Shown here piece by piece: positions 11,897-21,979 of a stretch of 49,168 nucleotides of DNA (the stretch's first letter is position 1; every line of letters begins with the position of its first letter). Both the position numbers and the translations under genes were made by a program. The notes beneath the pieces were generated by a model, which saw only the letters and a program-made list of their open reading frames with translations, had not been told where the DNA came from and ran no database searches. The DNA lies in NCBI GenBank assembly GCA_003223165.1, contig QHXZ01000008.1:1-49168 (forward strand). The letters are read 5' to 3'. The stretch is from Acidobacteriota bacterium (GTDB lineage Bacteria; Acidobacteriota; Polarisedimenticolia; Gp22-AA2).

Positions 11897-12654
11897 TCAT
11901 CTACAAGACCCGGCGCGAGATCGAGACGATGGACCGCTGCAACCGCGTGGTCGGGCAGATCCTGGCCGCCCTGGCCCGCGAGGCCCGGCCGGGGGTCACG
12001 ACGCTGGACCTCGACCGCAAGGCCGAGGAGATGATCCGGGAGGCCGGCGTGAAGCCGGCCTTCAAGGGGTACCGGGGCTACCCCTGCGTGCTCTGCACGT
12101 CGGTCAACGAGGAAGTGGTGCACGGCATCCCGTCGCCCAGGAAGGTGCTGCGGGAGGGGGACATCATCGGACTCGATTTCGGCGTGGTCCTGGACGGCTA
12201 TTTTGGCGACGCGGCGCTGACCGTCCCGGTGGGCCGCGTGTCGCGCGAGGCCGCGGACCTGATGCGGGTCACGCAGGAGTCGCTTCAGCGCGGCATCGAG
12301 GCGGCGCGCGCGGGCGGCCGCCTGAGCGACATCTCGGCCGCGGTGCAGCGGCACGTGGAGGCCGGCGGCTATTCGGTCGTGCGCGAGTTCGTGGGGCACG
12401 GGATCGGCACCTCGCTGCACGAGGACCCGCAGGTGCCCAACTACGGGGCCCCGGGGGCCGGGCCGGTCCTCAAGGAGGGCCTGACGCTGGCGATCGAGCC
12501 GATGGTGAACGTCGGCGATCCGGCGGTGCGCATCCACCCGGATGGCTGGACGGCCTCGACGGTGGACGGATCCCTGTCGGCGCACTTCGAGCGCTCGATC
12601 GCCATCACGGAGAACGGCCCCCTGGTCCTGGGCGGCGCACTGGAGGGGATGTAA
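11893..12654 (+). CDS. map: Type I methionine aminopeptidase
   Basis: It contains ...[33 protein letters not shown]...[17 protein letters not shown]...EPMVN. ATGA overlap with adk. Confidence 0.95.
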   Translation: MIIYKTRREIETMDRCNRVVGQILAALAREARPGVTTLDLDRKAEEMIREAGVKPAFKGYRGYPCVLCTSVNEEVVHGIPSPRKVLREGDIIGLDFGVVLDGYFGDAALTVPVGRVSREAADLMRVTQESLQRGIEAARAGGRLSDISAAVQRHVEAGGYSVVREFVGHGIGTSLHEDPQVPNYGAPGAGPVLKEGLTLAIEPMVNVGDPAVRIHPDGWTASTVDGSLSAHFERSIAITENGPLVLGGALEGM

Positions 12655-12656
12655 AG

Positions 12657-12875
12657 GTGCCGAAGGAGGAGGCGATCCAGGTCGAGGCGGTGGTGGTCGA
12701 GCCGCTGCCGAACGCAATGTTCCGCGTGGAGCTGGAGAACAAGCACCAGGTGCTGGCGCACATCTCCGGGAAGATGCGCAAGAACTTCATCCGCATCCTG
12801 ACCGGGGACAAGGTTCTCGTGGAGCTTTCGCCCTACGACCTGTCGCGAGGCCGGATCGTCTACCGTTTCAAGTAG
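12657..12875 (+). CDS. infA: Translation initiation factor IF-1
   Basis: GTG start. The sequence ...[66 protein letters not shown] is IF-1. Confidence 0.96.
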   Translation: MPKEEAIQVEAVVVEPLPNAMFRVELENKHQVLAHISGKMRKNFIRILTGDKVLVELSPYDLSRGRIVYRFK

Positions 12876-12898
12876 GTCGTCGTCCGCGGAGCGAGATC

Positions 12899-13012
12899 AT
12901 GAAAGTTCGGGCTTCGGTCAGGAAAATCTGCGACAAGTGCAAGGTGATCAAGCGGCGCGGCGTGGTACGCGTGATCTGCGATAACCCGAAGCACAAGCAG
13001 CGCCAGGGATAG
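12899..13012 (+). CDS. rpmJ: 50S ribosomal protein L36 (zinc-binding form)
   Basis: ATG at 12899 gives [37 protein letters not shown] (37 aa). Confidence 0.95.
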   Translation: MKVRASVRKICDKCKVIKRRGVVRVICDNPKHKQRQG

Positions 13013-13022
13013 GAGGAGAACC

Positions 13023-13412
13023 GTGGCCCGCATCGCCGGCATCGACCTTCCGCAGAACAAGCGGATCGAGGTGGCCCTGACCTACATCTACGGGATCGGG
13101 CGCTCGCGCAGCAACCGCATCCTGGGCAAGGCCGGGGTCGGCAAGGACATCAAGGTGAAGGATCTCGCGGAAGACGAGGTGCGCCGGATCCGCGACGTCA
13201 TCCAGGAGGAAGGGCAGGTCGAGGGAGACTTGCGCAAGAACGTCCAGATGGACATCAAGCGGCTGATCGACATCGGCTGCTACCGAGGCATGCGGCACCG
13301 GCGCAACCTGCCGGTGCGCGGCCAGCGGACGCACACCAACGCGCGCACCCGCAAGGGGCCGCGCAAGACCGTGGCCGGGAAGAAGAAGGCCCCGGTCGGC
13401 AAGAAGGGTTAA
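13023..13412 (+). CDS. rpsM: 30S ribosomal protein S13
   Basis: GTG start. [30 protein letters not shown]... is S13. Confidence 0.96.
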   Translation: MARIAGIDLPQNKRIEVALTYIYGIGRSRSNRILGKAGVGKDIKVKDLAEDEVRRIRDVIQEEGQVEGDLRKNVQMDIKRLIDIGCYRGMRHRRNLPVRGQRTHTNARTRKGPRKTVAGKKKAPVGKKG

Positions 13413-13458
13413 GCGAAGCTGAAGGCGCGGCCCGCGCTGCGGGCCAGAAGGGGAGACG

Positions 13459-14001
13459 ATGGCAGACGCGAAGGACAAGGGCGAAGGGGCCTCCGGCAGC
13501 GAGCCGCAGGGCGGCCGTGCCGAGAAGGCGGAGAAGCCCGCCAAGGCCGCCAAGGGCGGGGCGGGCAAGGAGGCGAAGGAGGCCGCAGGGGCGGCGGCCG
13601 GCGAGGGGCCGGCCATCGAGAAGAAGGCCCCGGCCAAGAAGAAGGAGAAGAAGAACGTCCCCTTCGCCATCGCCAACGTCCACGCCAGCTTCAACAACAC
13701 GGTGATCACCATCACCGACCAGACCGGCAACGTGCTCGCCTGGTCGTCGGCGGGATGCATCGGCTTCAAGGGATCGAGGAAGGGCACGCCGTTCGCGGCC
13801 CAGCTCGCCGCCCAGGCGGCGGGCAACGCGGCGCGCGAGCACGGGGTGAGACAGGTGGAGGTGCGGGTGAAAGGGCCCGGCGCGGGGCGCGAGTCGTCGA
13901 TCCGCGCGCTGCAGGCCATCGGGCTCGAGGTGAAGTCGATCAAGGACATCACCCCGATTCCTCACAACGGGTGCCGTCCCCCGAAGCGCCGGCGCGTCTA
14001 G
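13459..14001 (+). CDS. rpsK: 30S ribosomal protein S11 with a ~50-aa Lys/Ala/Glu/Gly-rich N-terminal extension
   Basis: The core is ...[31 protein letters not shown]...[20 protein letters not shown]. An SD (aaggggaga) precedes ATG 13459. Confidence 0.9.
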   Translation: MADAKDKGEGASGSEPQGGRAEKAEKPAKAAKGGAGKEAKEAAGAAAGEGPAIEKKAPAKKKEKKNVPFAIANVHASFNNTVITITDQTGNVLAWSSAGCIGFKGSRKGTPFAAQLAAQAAGNAAREHGVRQVEVRVKGPGAGRESSIRALQAIGLEVKSIKDITPIPHNGCRPPKRRRV

Positions 14002-14016
14002 GAGAAGGAGGAAGTC

Positions 14017-14643
14017 GTGGCACGGATTCGCGGTTCGGTCTGCCGGCTCTGCCGGCGCGAGGGGATGAAGCTGTTCCTCAAGGGGAACCGCTGCTTCACC
14101 GAGAAATGCGCCATCGAGAAACGCAATTTCGCCCCGGGCCAGCACGGGAAGCGCCGGGTCAAGATGCAAGGGTACGGGGTGCAGCTGCGCGAGAAGCAGA
14201 AGGTCAAGCGCATCTACGGCCTGCTCGAAAACCAGTTTCGCCTGGCGTTCCAGGAGGCGAACCGGCGCAAGGGCGTCACCGGCGAGCTGCTGCTGCAGAA
14301 CCTCGAGCGGCGCCTGGACAACATCGTCTACCGTCTCGGGTTCGCATCGTCGCGGGCCCAGGCGCGCCAGCTCATCGCCCACGGCCACGTGCGCGTGGAC
14401 GCCCGCAAGGTGGATATCCCGTCCTTCCTGGTGAAGGCAGGGCAGATGATCAGCCTCAAGGAGAAGATGGGCAAGAACCCGGCGGTCCAGGCCGCCCTGG
14501 AGGCGGCCCGCGGGCGCGGCGTCCCCGCCTGGCTCTCGGCGGACATCGAGCACCTGCGCGGCAGCCTCGCGTCGCTCCCGCGCCGGGATGAGATCACGAT
14601 GCCGATTCAGGAACAGCTGATCGTCGAGCTGTACAGCAAGTAA
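14017..14643 (+). CDS. rpsD: 30S ribosomal protein S4
   Basis: GTG start. [36 protein letters not shown]...[10 protein letters not shown] is S4 with a zinc-finger-like N-terminus. Confidence 0.96.
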   Translation: MARIRGSVCRLCRREGMKLFLKGNRCFTEKCAIEKRNFAPGQHGKRRVKMQGYGVQLREKQKVKRIYGLLENQFRLAFQEANRRKGVTGELLLQNLERRLDNIVYRLGFASSRAQARQLIAHGHVRVDARKVDIPSFLVKAGQMISLKEKMGKNPAVQAALEAARGRGVPAWLSADIEHLRGSLASLPRRDEITMPIQEQLIVELYSK

Positions 14644-14692
14644 ACACCAAGGGTCGCCCGCGGAAGGGGACCCCCCGAGGAGGACCGAGGAG

Positions 14693-15673
14693 ATGTTGTG
14701 GAAAGGTTTTCAGAGGCCGAAACGCCTTGAGTGCGACCTGGAGTCGTTGACCCCGACCTATGGCAAGTTCTGGGCCCAGCCGTTCGAGAGGGGATTCGGC
14801 ACGACCATCGGCAACGCCATGCGGCGGGTCCTCCTCTCCTCCGTGGAGGGGGCGGCGATCACCGCGATCAAGATCGAGGGGGTGCTGCACGAGTTCACGT
14901 CGATCCCGGGGGTGGTCGAGGACACCATCGACTTGATCCTCAACCTCAAGCAGATCCCGATCAAGCTGAACGTGGGCCACCCCGAGACGATCTATCTCAA
15001 GGCCGAGGGGGCGGTGGAGATCAAGGCGGGGCACATCGAGAGCAACCCCAACGTGGAAATCCTCGACCCCGAGGTGCACATCGCCACCCTTTCCGAGGAA
15101 GGGCGCCTGAACATCGAGATGCGGGTCAAGCCCGGCCGGGGCTACGTCTCGGCCGACCGCAACTTCGACACCGACCTGACCATCGGCTACATCCCGATCG
15201 ACTCGGTGCACTCGCCGGTCAAGAAGGTGAACTACGTCGTGGAGGACGCCCGGCTGGGGCAGACCACCGACTACGACAAGCTCACCGTCGAGGTCTGGAC
15301 CAACGGCGCGGTCGCGCCGCAGAGCGCCGTGGCCCTGGCCAGCAAGCTGCTCAAGGACCACCTGTCGATCTTCATCAACTTCGAAGAGACCCCCGAGATG
15401 GACGTCGAGGAGGTCGACCGGGAGCAGGAGCGGCTGCGCGAGAACCTGATGCGCTCGATCGAGGAGCTGGAGCTGTCGGTGCGCTCCTACAACTGCCTGA
15501 AGAACGCCGACATCAAGACCATCGCCGACCTCGTGCAGCGCAGCGAGGCCGAGATGCTCAAGACGAAGAACTTCGGGCGCAAGTCGCTCAACGAGATCAA
15601 GGAGCTCCTGGCCGAGATGGGTCTGTCGCTCGGCATGAAGATCGATCACCTCCTGAAGCCCAAGGAGGAATAG
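14693..15673 (+). CDS. rpoA: DNA-directed RNA polymerase subunit alpha
   Basis: 326 aa. It contains ...[17 protein letters not shown]... The C-terminal domain is ...[26 protein letters not shown]. Confidence 0.97.
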   Translation: MLWKGFQRPKRLECDLESLTPTYGKFWAQPFERGFGTTIGNAMRRVLLSSVEGAAITAIKIEGVLHEFTSIPGVVEDTIDLILNLKQIPIKLNVGHPETIYLKAEGAVEIKAGHIESNPNVEILDPEVHIATLSEEGRLNIEMRVKPGRGYVSADRNFDTDLTIGYIPIDSVHSPVKKVNYVVEDARLGQTTDYDKLTVEVWTNGAVAPQSAVALASKLLKDHLSIFINFEETPEMDVEEVDREQERLRENLMRSIEELELSVRSYNCLKNADIKTIADLVQRSEAEMLKTKNFGRKSLNEIKELLAEMGLSLGMKIDHLLKPKEE

Positions 15674-15680
15674 GGGTCGC

Positions 15681-16196
15681 ATGCGCCACAACGTCGGCTA
15701 CCGCAAGCTCGGCCGCAAGGAAGGCCACCGCCGGGCCCTGCTCAGGAACCTGACCACCGCGCTCTTCCGCCATGAGCGGCTCACCACCACGCTCCCGAAG
15801 GCGAAGGAGCTGCGGCCGTTCGCGGAGCGCCTGATCACCCTGGCGCGCAGGGACGACCTGCACGCCCGCCGGCGGGTCCTGCGGCAGGTGAGCGACAAGG
15901 AGGTCGTGAAGAAGCTGTTCGACACTCTCGGGCCGCGCTTCGCGACGCGTCCGGGCGGCTACACCCGCACCCTCAAGCTGGGGCCCCGCCTGGGGGACGG
16001 CGCCGAGCTGGCGATCGTCGAGCTGGTCGGGTCGGAGCCGGTCTTCACGAAGCAGAAGGAAGAGAAGAAGGCCCGGCGCGACAAGAAGGCCGCCGTCAAG
16101 GCCAAGGCCGAAAAGGACGCGGAGGCCGCCGACGAGGCGGCAGGTCCGCAGGCCGAAGCGCCGCCCGAGGGTAAGAAAAAGAAGAAGGGCGGCTGA
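15681..16196 (+). CDS. rplQ: 50S ribosomal protein L17 with a ~50-aa Lys/Glu/Ala-rich C-terminal extension
   Basis: MRHNVGYRKLGRKEGHRRALLRNLTTALFRHERLTTTLPKAKELRPFAERLITLA is L17. The tail starts at about nt 16032. Confidence 0.94.
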   Translation: MRHNVGYRKLGRKEGHRRALLRNLTTALFRHERLTTTLPKAKELRPFAERLITLARRDDLHARRRVLRQVSDKEVVKKLFDTLGPRFATRPGGYTRTLKLGPRLGDGAELAIVELVGSEPVFTKQKEEKKARRDKKAAVKAKAEKDAEAADEAAGPQAEAPPEGKKKKKGG

Positions 16197-16211
16197 GAGC
16201 GGGACAGGCCC

Positions 16212-16712
16212 CTAACGCCGGCGCCCGATCCGCGCGATGAGGCCGGTGCTGGCGTGCCGCTTCGCGTCCCCCACGATTCGCACCCGCCCGCCGTACGACC
16301 TCACGACGTCCCGCTCGGGGACGCTGCCCGGCGCGTAGTCGGTCCCCTTGCAGTGCAGGTCCGGGCGCAGCCGGCGGAGCACCCCCTCCGCCGTCCTTCC
16401 GCCGAACAGCACCACCGCGTCCACCCCCTCGAGCGCGGAGAGGATGCGCGCCCTGTCGGCGGCCGGGACGATCGGCCTTCCCGGGCCCCGCAGGCGGCGC
16501 GACGAGCGGTCGTCGTTGACGGCCACCACCAGGAAGTGCCCCAGGGCGCGCGCGGCGCGAAGGTAGCGCACGTGCCCGACGTGAAGCAGGTCGAAGAGGC
16601 CGTTGGCGAGGACGACCCGCGGCCGGGGGCGGGCCCGGCGCAGCCGTTCGAGGACGCCGGCCAGCCGGTCGAGACGAAACACCCGGCCCGCGTCCGCCCG
16701 CGGCCACCTCAC
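16212..16712 (-). CDS. hldC: D-glycero-beta-D-manno-heptose 1-phosphate adenylyltransferase (stand-alone RfaE domain II)
   Basis: The cytidylyltransferase-fold motif is VLANGLFDLLHVGHVRYLRAARALG. It is 166 aa and lies directly downstream of the heptose kinase gene. Confidence 0.8.
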   Translation of the reverse strand: MRWPRADAGRVFRLDRLAGVLERLRRARPRPRVVLANGLFDLLHVGHVRYLRAARALGHFLVVAVNDDRSSRRLRGPGRPIVPAADRARILSALEGVDAVVLFGGRTAEGVLRRLRPDLHCKGTDYAPGSVPERDVVRSYGGRVRIVGDAKRHASTGLIARIGRRR

Positions 16713-17764
16713 GCCGGCCGCGGCCGTCCGGCGGGAGCCGGATCGGCGCCGACCGCGCGGCGCAGCTCGTCGCGGCCGACGGTGGCGGTGCCGCGCTTCA
16801 TCACCACGATGCCGCCCGCGTAGTTGGCCAGGGTGGCCGCCTCGAGCGGCGTGGACCCCGACAGCAGCGCCAGCGTGAAGGCGCCGATCACCGTGTCTCC
16901 CGCGCCGGTCACGTCGGCCACCTCGTCGGTCCCGTGGACCGGCAGGTGGACGGGATCCGATCCCGCGGTGAAGACCGACATCCCCTGGCTGCCGCGCGTC
17001 ACCACGATGGTCTCCGTCTGAAGGGCCTCGCGCAACAGGCCGCCGGCCCGCTCCACCCTGCCCGGATCGTCGCCCAGCGGCTCGCCCAAAGCACTCTCGG
17101 CCTCCTGCAGGTTCGGGGTGGCGGCGGTGGCCCCGCGGAAGAGGCGGATCTGCGAGCGCGAGTCGACCAGGAGCGGCTTCCCCGAGGCGCGCGCCGCTTC
17201 GACGAGCGCGGCGGCGTTGCCCGGGTGGACGAGGCCGAGAGAATAGTCGGAGACCAGGATCCCCTGGACGTCGCGCGCGGCCTCGCGCACGGCGGGGAGG
17301 AGAGGGGAGCCTTCCGGAGAGACCGGCGGCCCGCCGCTGCGGTCGACGCGCACGATCTGCTGCTTGACGGAGTGTGCGCTGCCGGCCAGGATGCGCCGCT
17401 TGACCGGCGTGCGGTAGGAGGGGTCGCGCCAGACGCGGGAGACGTCGGCCCCGCGCGCGGCCAGGATCCCGAGGAGGTGGTCCCCCGGCTCGTCGGCCCC
17501 GACCCGCCCCACCACGCGGGCCTCGCCGTCGAGGGAACGCAGGTTGCTGACGGCGTTGGCGCCGCCGCCGGGCAGCCGGTCGGTGCGCACGTGCTCCAGG
17601 ATCAGCACCGGCGCCTCGCGCGAGATCCGGCCGATGGTGCCGTACTCGAACTCGTCCAGCACCAGGTCGGCGACGACCAGGACCCGCACCCCTCCCATGC
17701 GGTCGATGGCCTCGAGCAGCCGCTCGCGGGACGGCCGCGCGCCCGCCATCCCCCGGCCCTTCAC
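16709..17764 (-). CDS. hldA: D-glycero-beta-D-manno-heptose 7-phosphate kinase (PfkB family, RfaE domain I)
   Basis: PfkB sugar-kinase motifs are GGGANAVSNL and DVTGAGDTVIGAF. The gene neighbours gmhB and hldC. Confidence 0.8.
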   Translation of the reverse strand: MKGRGMAGARPSRERLLEAIDRMGGVRVLVVADLVLDEFEYGTIGRISREAPVLILEHVRTDRLPGGGANAVSNLRSLDGEARVVGRVGADEPGDHLLGILAARGADVSRVWRDPSYRTPVKRRILAGSAHSVKQQIVRVDRSGGPPVSPEGSPLLPAVREAARDVQGILVSDYSLGLVHPGNAAALVEAARASGKPLLVDSRSQIRLFRGATAATPNLQEAESALGEPLGDDPGRVERAGGLLREALQTETIVVTRGSQGMSVFTAGSDPVHLPVHGTDEVADVTGAGDTVIGAFTLALLSGSTPLEAATLANYAGGIVVMKRGTATVGRDELRRAVGADPAPAGRPRPA

Positions 17765-18399
17765 CGCTCCCCCGCCGCCGGGATCCGGTTGGCGTCGCGG
17801 CCCTGGGAGTCGCGCCCGACGATGAAGCGCACGGCCTCGAGGAGATCCTCGACGATGCGCAAGGGCTGGGCGCGCAGGCGCTCCCGCTGGTGCTCCACCA
17901 GCCCGCGGCCGTAGCCGGTGAGGACCAGCACTCCAGGGACCCCCGCGGCCGCCGCCGCCTCCAGGTCGACCAGGCCGTCGCCGACGGCGTAACAGCGGGC
18001 GAGATCGAGGCCGTGCTCCCGGGCCGCCCTCAGGATCATGCCCGGCCGCGGCTTGCGGCAGTCGCAGGCGGCGCGGTAGGGCGGCGCCCCCTCCTGCGGA
18101 TGGTGCGGGCAGAAGTAGATGGCGTCGAGGCGCGCGCCGGCCGCTTCGGCCCAGCCGGTGAGGCGCGCGTGCACCTGGTGCACCAGCGACTCGCTGAAGT
18201 AGCCTCGCGCCACGCCCGACTGGTTCGTGGTCACGATCACCTTGAAGCCGGCCCCGTTGGCGATGCGGATCGCCTCCAGGCTGTTGGGCATCAGCCGGTA
18301 GCGCGACAGGTGGTTGACATATCCCACCTCCTCGCTGATGGTGCCGTCCCGGTCGAGGAAGATCGCCCGCTGCGTCATGATCGGCTCACGCCTTGGCAC
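17761..18399 (-). CDS. gmhB: D,D-heptose 1,7-bisphosphate phosphatase (HAD, GmhB-like)
   Basis: It contains AIFLDRDGTI...VTTNQSGVARGYF...CPHHP...CDCRKPRPGM...VGDG, that is HAD motifs plus a Zn-binding Cys cluster typical of GmhB. The start could instead be the internal ATG at 18378. Confidence 0.8.
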   Translation of the reverse strand: MPRREPIMTQRAIFLDRDGTISEEVGYVNHLSRYRLMPNSLEAIRIANGAGFKVIVTTNQSGVARGYFSESLVHQVHARLTGWAEAAGARLDAIYFCPHHPQEGAPPYRAACDCRKPRPGMILRAAREHGLDLARCYAVGDGLVDLEAAAAAGVPGVLVLTGYGRGLVEHQRERLRAQPLRIVEDLLEAVRFIVGRDSQGRDANRIPAAGER

Positions 18400-19369
18400 G
18401 GGCCACGGCGGCCTCCGCGACCGGCTCGGCCGGGGCCGAGGGCGGGCGCGTCCGCCAGCGGTTGTGCATCCAGAGCCAGAGATCGGGCCGCCGCCGCACT
18501 TCCGCCTCGAGCAGGGCGGTGCAGGCGCGCGTGACGTCGAAGATGTCGTCCGCCAGCGCTCCGCGGCGCGCCGGCCGCAAGGGCGGCAGGTAGCGCACCC
18601 TCAAGCGCCCATCGGGCATCGGGTAGGAGAAGACGGGGACGATCGGCGCGCCGCTCTTGAGGGCGAGGGTCGCCAGGCCGGGAGTCGTGGAGGCCGGGAC
18701 ACCGAAGAAGTCGACGAAGACGCCGCTCGATCCGCGCACGTTCTGATCGATCAGCATGGCCACGGCCCAGCCATCGCGCAGGGCGCGCAGCACGCCACGC
18801 GCGGCGTTCTGCTTCGGGATCGTGATGTTCCCCGACAGGCTGCGCAGGCGCGTGACCAGGCCGTCCACGAGGCGGTTTTCCAGGGGCCGCACCACCATCG
18901 CCATCGGCGGGCCGACGCGGTGCTGCAGCAAGGCGATCAGCTCCCAGTGGCCGAAGTGTCCCGAGAACACGAGCACGCCGCGTCCGTCCCGCGCCGCCTC
19001 GAGCAGGTGCTCGGTCCCCTCGTACACGGCGAGCCGCGCGGTCGGCCGGCGCAGCAACCGCGGGAAGTAGGCGGCATCGAGACAGATCATCCCGGTGTGG
19101 GCGAAGGAGGCGCGGGCCATGCGGCGCAGCGTCCGTTCGTCGGGGCCGGGGCCGAGGGCGCGGCGCAGGTTCGCGAGGGCGATCCGCCGGTGCAGCGGCG
19201 AAAGGAGGTAGAAGAGGAGCCCGACGGCGCGTCCCACGAGCAGACCGGCGCGTCGCGGCAGCAGGGAGAGGGCCGGCAGCATGACCCGGCACGCCAGGTA
19301 GCCGGCCACGTGGCTCGGACGGCGGCGGGGAGGGCGTCGCGCGCCGCCGCGCGCGGCCGGGCCGGTCAT
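18386..19369 (-). CDS. lpxL: Lipid A biosynthesis late acyltransferase (LpxL/HtrB family)
   Basis: It has an N-terminal TM helix and the catalytic H-x4-E motif GHFGHWE. It lies between lpxK and the heptose genes. The start is uncertain (19369 or 19282). Confidence 0.7.
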   Translation of the reverse strand: MTGPAARGGARRPPRRRPSHVAGYLACRVMLPALSLLPRRAGLLVGRAVGLLFYLLSPLHRRIALANLRRALGPGPDERTLRRMARASFAHTGMICLDAAYFPRLLRRPTARLAVYEGTEHLLEAARDGRGVLVFSGHFGHWELIALLQHRVGPPMAMVVRPLENRLVDGLVTRLRSLSGNITIPKQNAARGVLRALRDGWAVAMLIDQNVRGSSGVFVDFFGVPASTTPGLATLALKSGAPIVPVFSYPMPDGRLRVRYLPPLRPARRGALADDIFDVTRACTALLEAEVRRRPDLWLWMHNRWRTRPPSAPAEPVAEAAVARAKA

Positions 19370-20433
19370 CCGACCACCCGCGCCGCGGGGGCGCGCCGCG
19401 CGCGCAGGCGGTCGAGGATGAAGCCCGCGAGATCCGGCCCGTCGGCGAATCGGACCCGCAGGGTCAGGGCGTAGAGAGGCGGCGCGCCCTCGGGCGCCGC
19501 GGCGATGCGCACCAGGTCCTTCTCCGTGGTCACCATGACCTCGGCGCCGCGCTTGCGCGCCTCGCGCGCCAGGTCGCCGAGGTCGCGCCGGCTGTAGCGA
19601 TGGTGGTCCCTGAAGCGGCGGGCGCCGGCGAGCCGCACCCCCAGGGAGCGCAGGTCATCCTCGAACCGTTCGGGGCGTGCGATGCCGGAGAAGGCATAGG
19701 CGGCGAACCCTTGCAGTGAGCGCGCTGCGACCGACTCGCCGTCGAGGCGCACGAAGGTCCCCGGCTCAAGGCGGCAGTGGAAGAGCGCGGCGCCGGGGTT
19801 GTGGCGCCCCAGCGCCTCCTCCAGGCCGCGCGGCGCGCGCCCGTCGGAACGGGTCAGGATGATCGCGTCGGCGCGCCTCATCGCCGGGAGGGGCTCGCGC
19901 AGCGGGCCCAGCGGCAGCATCTTACCATTTCCCCACGGGTCGCGGCCGTCGAGCAGGAGCAGGTCGAGATCGCGCGCCAGCCGGCGGTGCTGGTAGCCGT
20001 CGTCGAGCACCAGCACCTCGGCCGCGTGGTGTGCCAGGAGCAGGCGCGCGGCCTCGATCCTGTCGGCGCCGACCGCCACGGGCACGGAGGGGTTGTCGCG
20101 GGCGATCAGGTATGGCTCGTCGCCCGCCGACGGCGCGTCGGCGAGGAGCGCCGCGCCGTCCGAGACCAGGAGGGAGGAGCCGCCGCCGATCCGGCGGTAG
20201 CCGCGGCTCAGCACCCCGACGCGGTATCCCGCGTCGCGCAGCAGGCCGGCAAGGTGCGAGGCGAGCGGGGTCTTGCCCGTTCCCCCCACCGACAGGTTGC
20301 CGACGCTGACCACCGCGCAGGGAAGGCGGTGCGCCCGCAGCCGGCCGGAGTCGTAGAGCGCGTTGCGCAGCGCCACCGCGCCCCGGTACAGGAGGCCCGG
20401 GCCTGCAAGGAGAGCGCCCAGGACGCGGCTCAC
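19366..20433 (-). CDS. lpxK: Tetraacyldisaccharide 4'-kinase
   Basis: VVSVGNLSVGGTGKTPLASHLAGLLRDAGYRVGVLSRGY is the LpxK P-loop region. Confidence 0.9.
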   Translation of the reverse strand: MSRVLGALLAGPGLLYRGAVALRNALYDSGRLRAHRLPCAVVSVGNLSVGGTGKTPLASHLAGLLRDAGYRVGVLSRGYRRIGGGSSLLVSDGAALLADAPSAGDEPYLIARDNPSVPVAVGADRIEAARLLLAHHAAEVLVLDDGYQHRRLARDLDLLLLDGRDPWGNGKMLPLGPLREPLPAMRRADAIILTRSDGRAPRGLEEALGRHNPGAALFHCRLEPGTFVRLDGESVAARSLQGFAAYAFSGIARPERFEDDLRSLGVRLAGARRFRDHHRYSRRDLGDLAREARKRGAEVMVTTEKDLVRIAAAPEGAPPLYALTLRVRFADGPDLAGFILDRLRARRAPAARVVG

Positions 20434-21818
20434 GGCCGCGCCGCGGCGAGTCCAGGCGCCGGCGGGCGGGCGGGCGGTTCCGGAAGCGGGGAGAGCACCT
20501 CCTCCACGGCCACGAGCGTGCGCCCCATCGCCCCGCGGTTGGCCTCGACGACGTGCCGCGCCATGGCGGCCGCGACCACCCAGGCCGGCCTGTCCGCAAG
20601 CAGGCGCACCGCCAAGCGCCCGAGCTCCACGCCGTCGCGCGCCACGAAGCCGCCGCCGGCCTCCGCCAGCGCCCGCGCCGGCTCGCGGAAGTTCGCCATG
20701 TGCGGCCCGAAGAGCACCGGCTTGCCGAGCGAGGCCGGCTCGAGGATGTTGTGCCCACCGCGCGCTACCAGGCTGCCCCCCACGAAGACCACGTCGGCGG
20801 CGGCGTAGATCTGCGGCAGGACCCCGACGGCGTCCACGAGGAGCGCGTCGTAGGGCGCGCCGCCCCCGGGCGCGCCGCCGCTCCCGGCGGGGGCGCTTCC
20901 CAGGCGGCTCCAGTCGGCGATCCGGAGGCCCGCGGACGCCAGCGCCTCGCGGGCCCGCGCGAAGCGCTGCGGATGGCGCGGCACCAGCGCCAGGCGGGCG
21001 CGCGGGTCGAACTCGCGCACGATCCGGAAAGCCTCCAGCACCGGCGCCTCCTCGCCGGGCGCCGTGCTGCCGGCGACGAAGAGCGGCTCGCCCGGGGCGA
21101 TGCCGAGACGCGCGCGGACCGCCTCGGGCGTGACGGCCGGGGGAGGCAGATCGAATTTCAGGTTGCCGGTGACGCGCACCCGGCCGGGCGGGGCGCCGAG
21201 ATCGACGATGCGCTCGGCGTCCGCCCGCGACTGCATGCCGAAGAGACGCACCTGCTCGAGGGCCCGGCGCAGGAAGGGCCGCACCGCCCGGTAGCGGCGG
21301 TGGGCGCCCGGCGAGATGCGGCCGTTCACCAGGATCACGGGGACGGCGCGGCGCGCGCAGAGGCGCAGAAGGTTCGGCCAGATCTCGGTCTCCAGAATCA
21401 GCACGGCCCGCGGGCGCAGGTGGTCGAGGAAGCGTCCCATGCTGCCCGGCAGGTCGAAGGGGATCGCCGACAGCGTGTCGGGGCGGCCGGCCTCCCCGGA
21501 CCGCCGGGCCTGCTCGGCGAGCTCCCGGCCGGTGGGCGTGCTGGTCGTCAGGTGCAGCGGCGTCCCGGCCGCCAGGCGCTCGCGCAGCCGCGCCAGAAGG
21601 AGGAGGGCCAGGCGGACCTCGCCCACCGAGACGGCATGCACCCAGACGCCCCCGCGGCGGGGAGGCGGGCCTTCGCCTGGCCAGCCGCGTCGTTCCCTCA
21701 GGCGCGGCCGGGAGCGTCCGGAAACGGCAGCGATGACGGATTGGTAAGGGAGCACGACGGCCCAGGCCAGGCGGATCAAGGCGCCGTAGAGGCCGTACAT
21801 GGGTGCGGAGTATAGCAT
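20430..21818 (-). CDS. waaA: 3-deoxy-D-manno-octulosonic acid (Kdo) transferase
   Basis: It contains ...GGVWVHAVSVGEVRLALLLLARL...EIWPNLL...VGGSLVARGGHNILEPASLGKPVLFGPHMANF. The start is trimmed to ATG 21818 (MLYSAPMYGLYG). ATG 21800 is also possible. The longer ORF start at 21941 lacks support. Confidence 0.88.
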   Translation of the reverse strand: MLYSAPMYGLYGALIRLAWAVVLPYQSVIAAVSGRSRPRLRERRGWPGEGPPPRRGGVWVHAVSVGEVRLALLLLARLRERLAAGTPLHLTTSTPTGRELAEQARRSGEAGRPDTLSAIPFDLPGSMGRFLDHLRPRAVLILETEIWPNLLRLCARRAVPVILVNGRISPGAHRRYRAVRPFLRRALEQVRLFGMQSRADAERIVDLGAPPGRVRVTGNLKFDLPPPAVTPEAVRARLGIAPGEPLFVAGSTAPGEEAPVLEAFRIVREFDPRARLALVPRHPQRFARAREALASAGLRIADWSRLGSAPAGSGGAPGGGAPYDALLVDAVGVLPQIYAAADVVFVGGSLVARGGHNILEPASLGKPVLFGPHMANFREPARALAEAGGGFVARDGVELGRLAVRLLADRPAWVVAAAMARHVVEANRGAMGRTLVAVEEVLSPLPEPPARPPAPGLAAARP

Positions 21819-21864
21819 CAGAGCGCGGCGATCACCATTTCGGCAGCGTCCCTGCCGCGCCCGC

Positions 21865-21893
21865 TTGTCCCGCCCCCGCCGCGGACCCATATT
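21865..21893 (+). promoter_or_regulatory. Possible sigma70-type promoter for the REC/HD-GYP gene
   Basis: TTGTCC (21865-21870), a 17-nt spacer, then CATATT (21888-21893), in the divergent waaA/HD-GYP intergenic region. Confidence 0.3.
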
Positions 21894-21979
21894 CTGAAGG
21901 TCATGCGCAGGAGTCGATCCGTGCTGCGAAGGCGCGCCCACCCGACCCGCCCGCGAGGGCCACGTTGAGCCGGCCGGCG

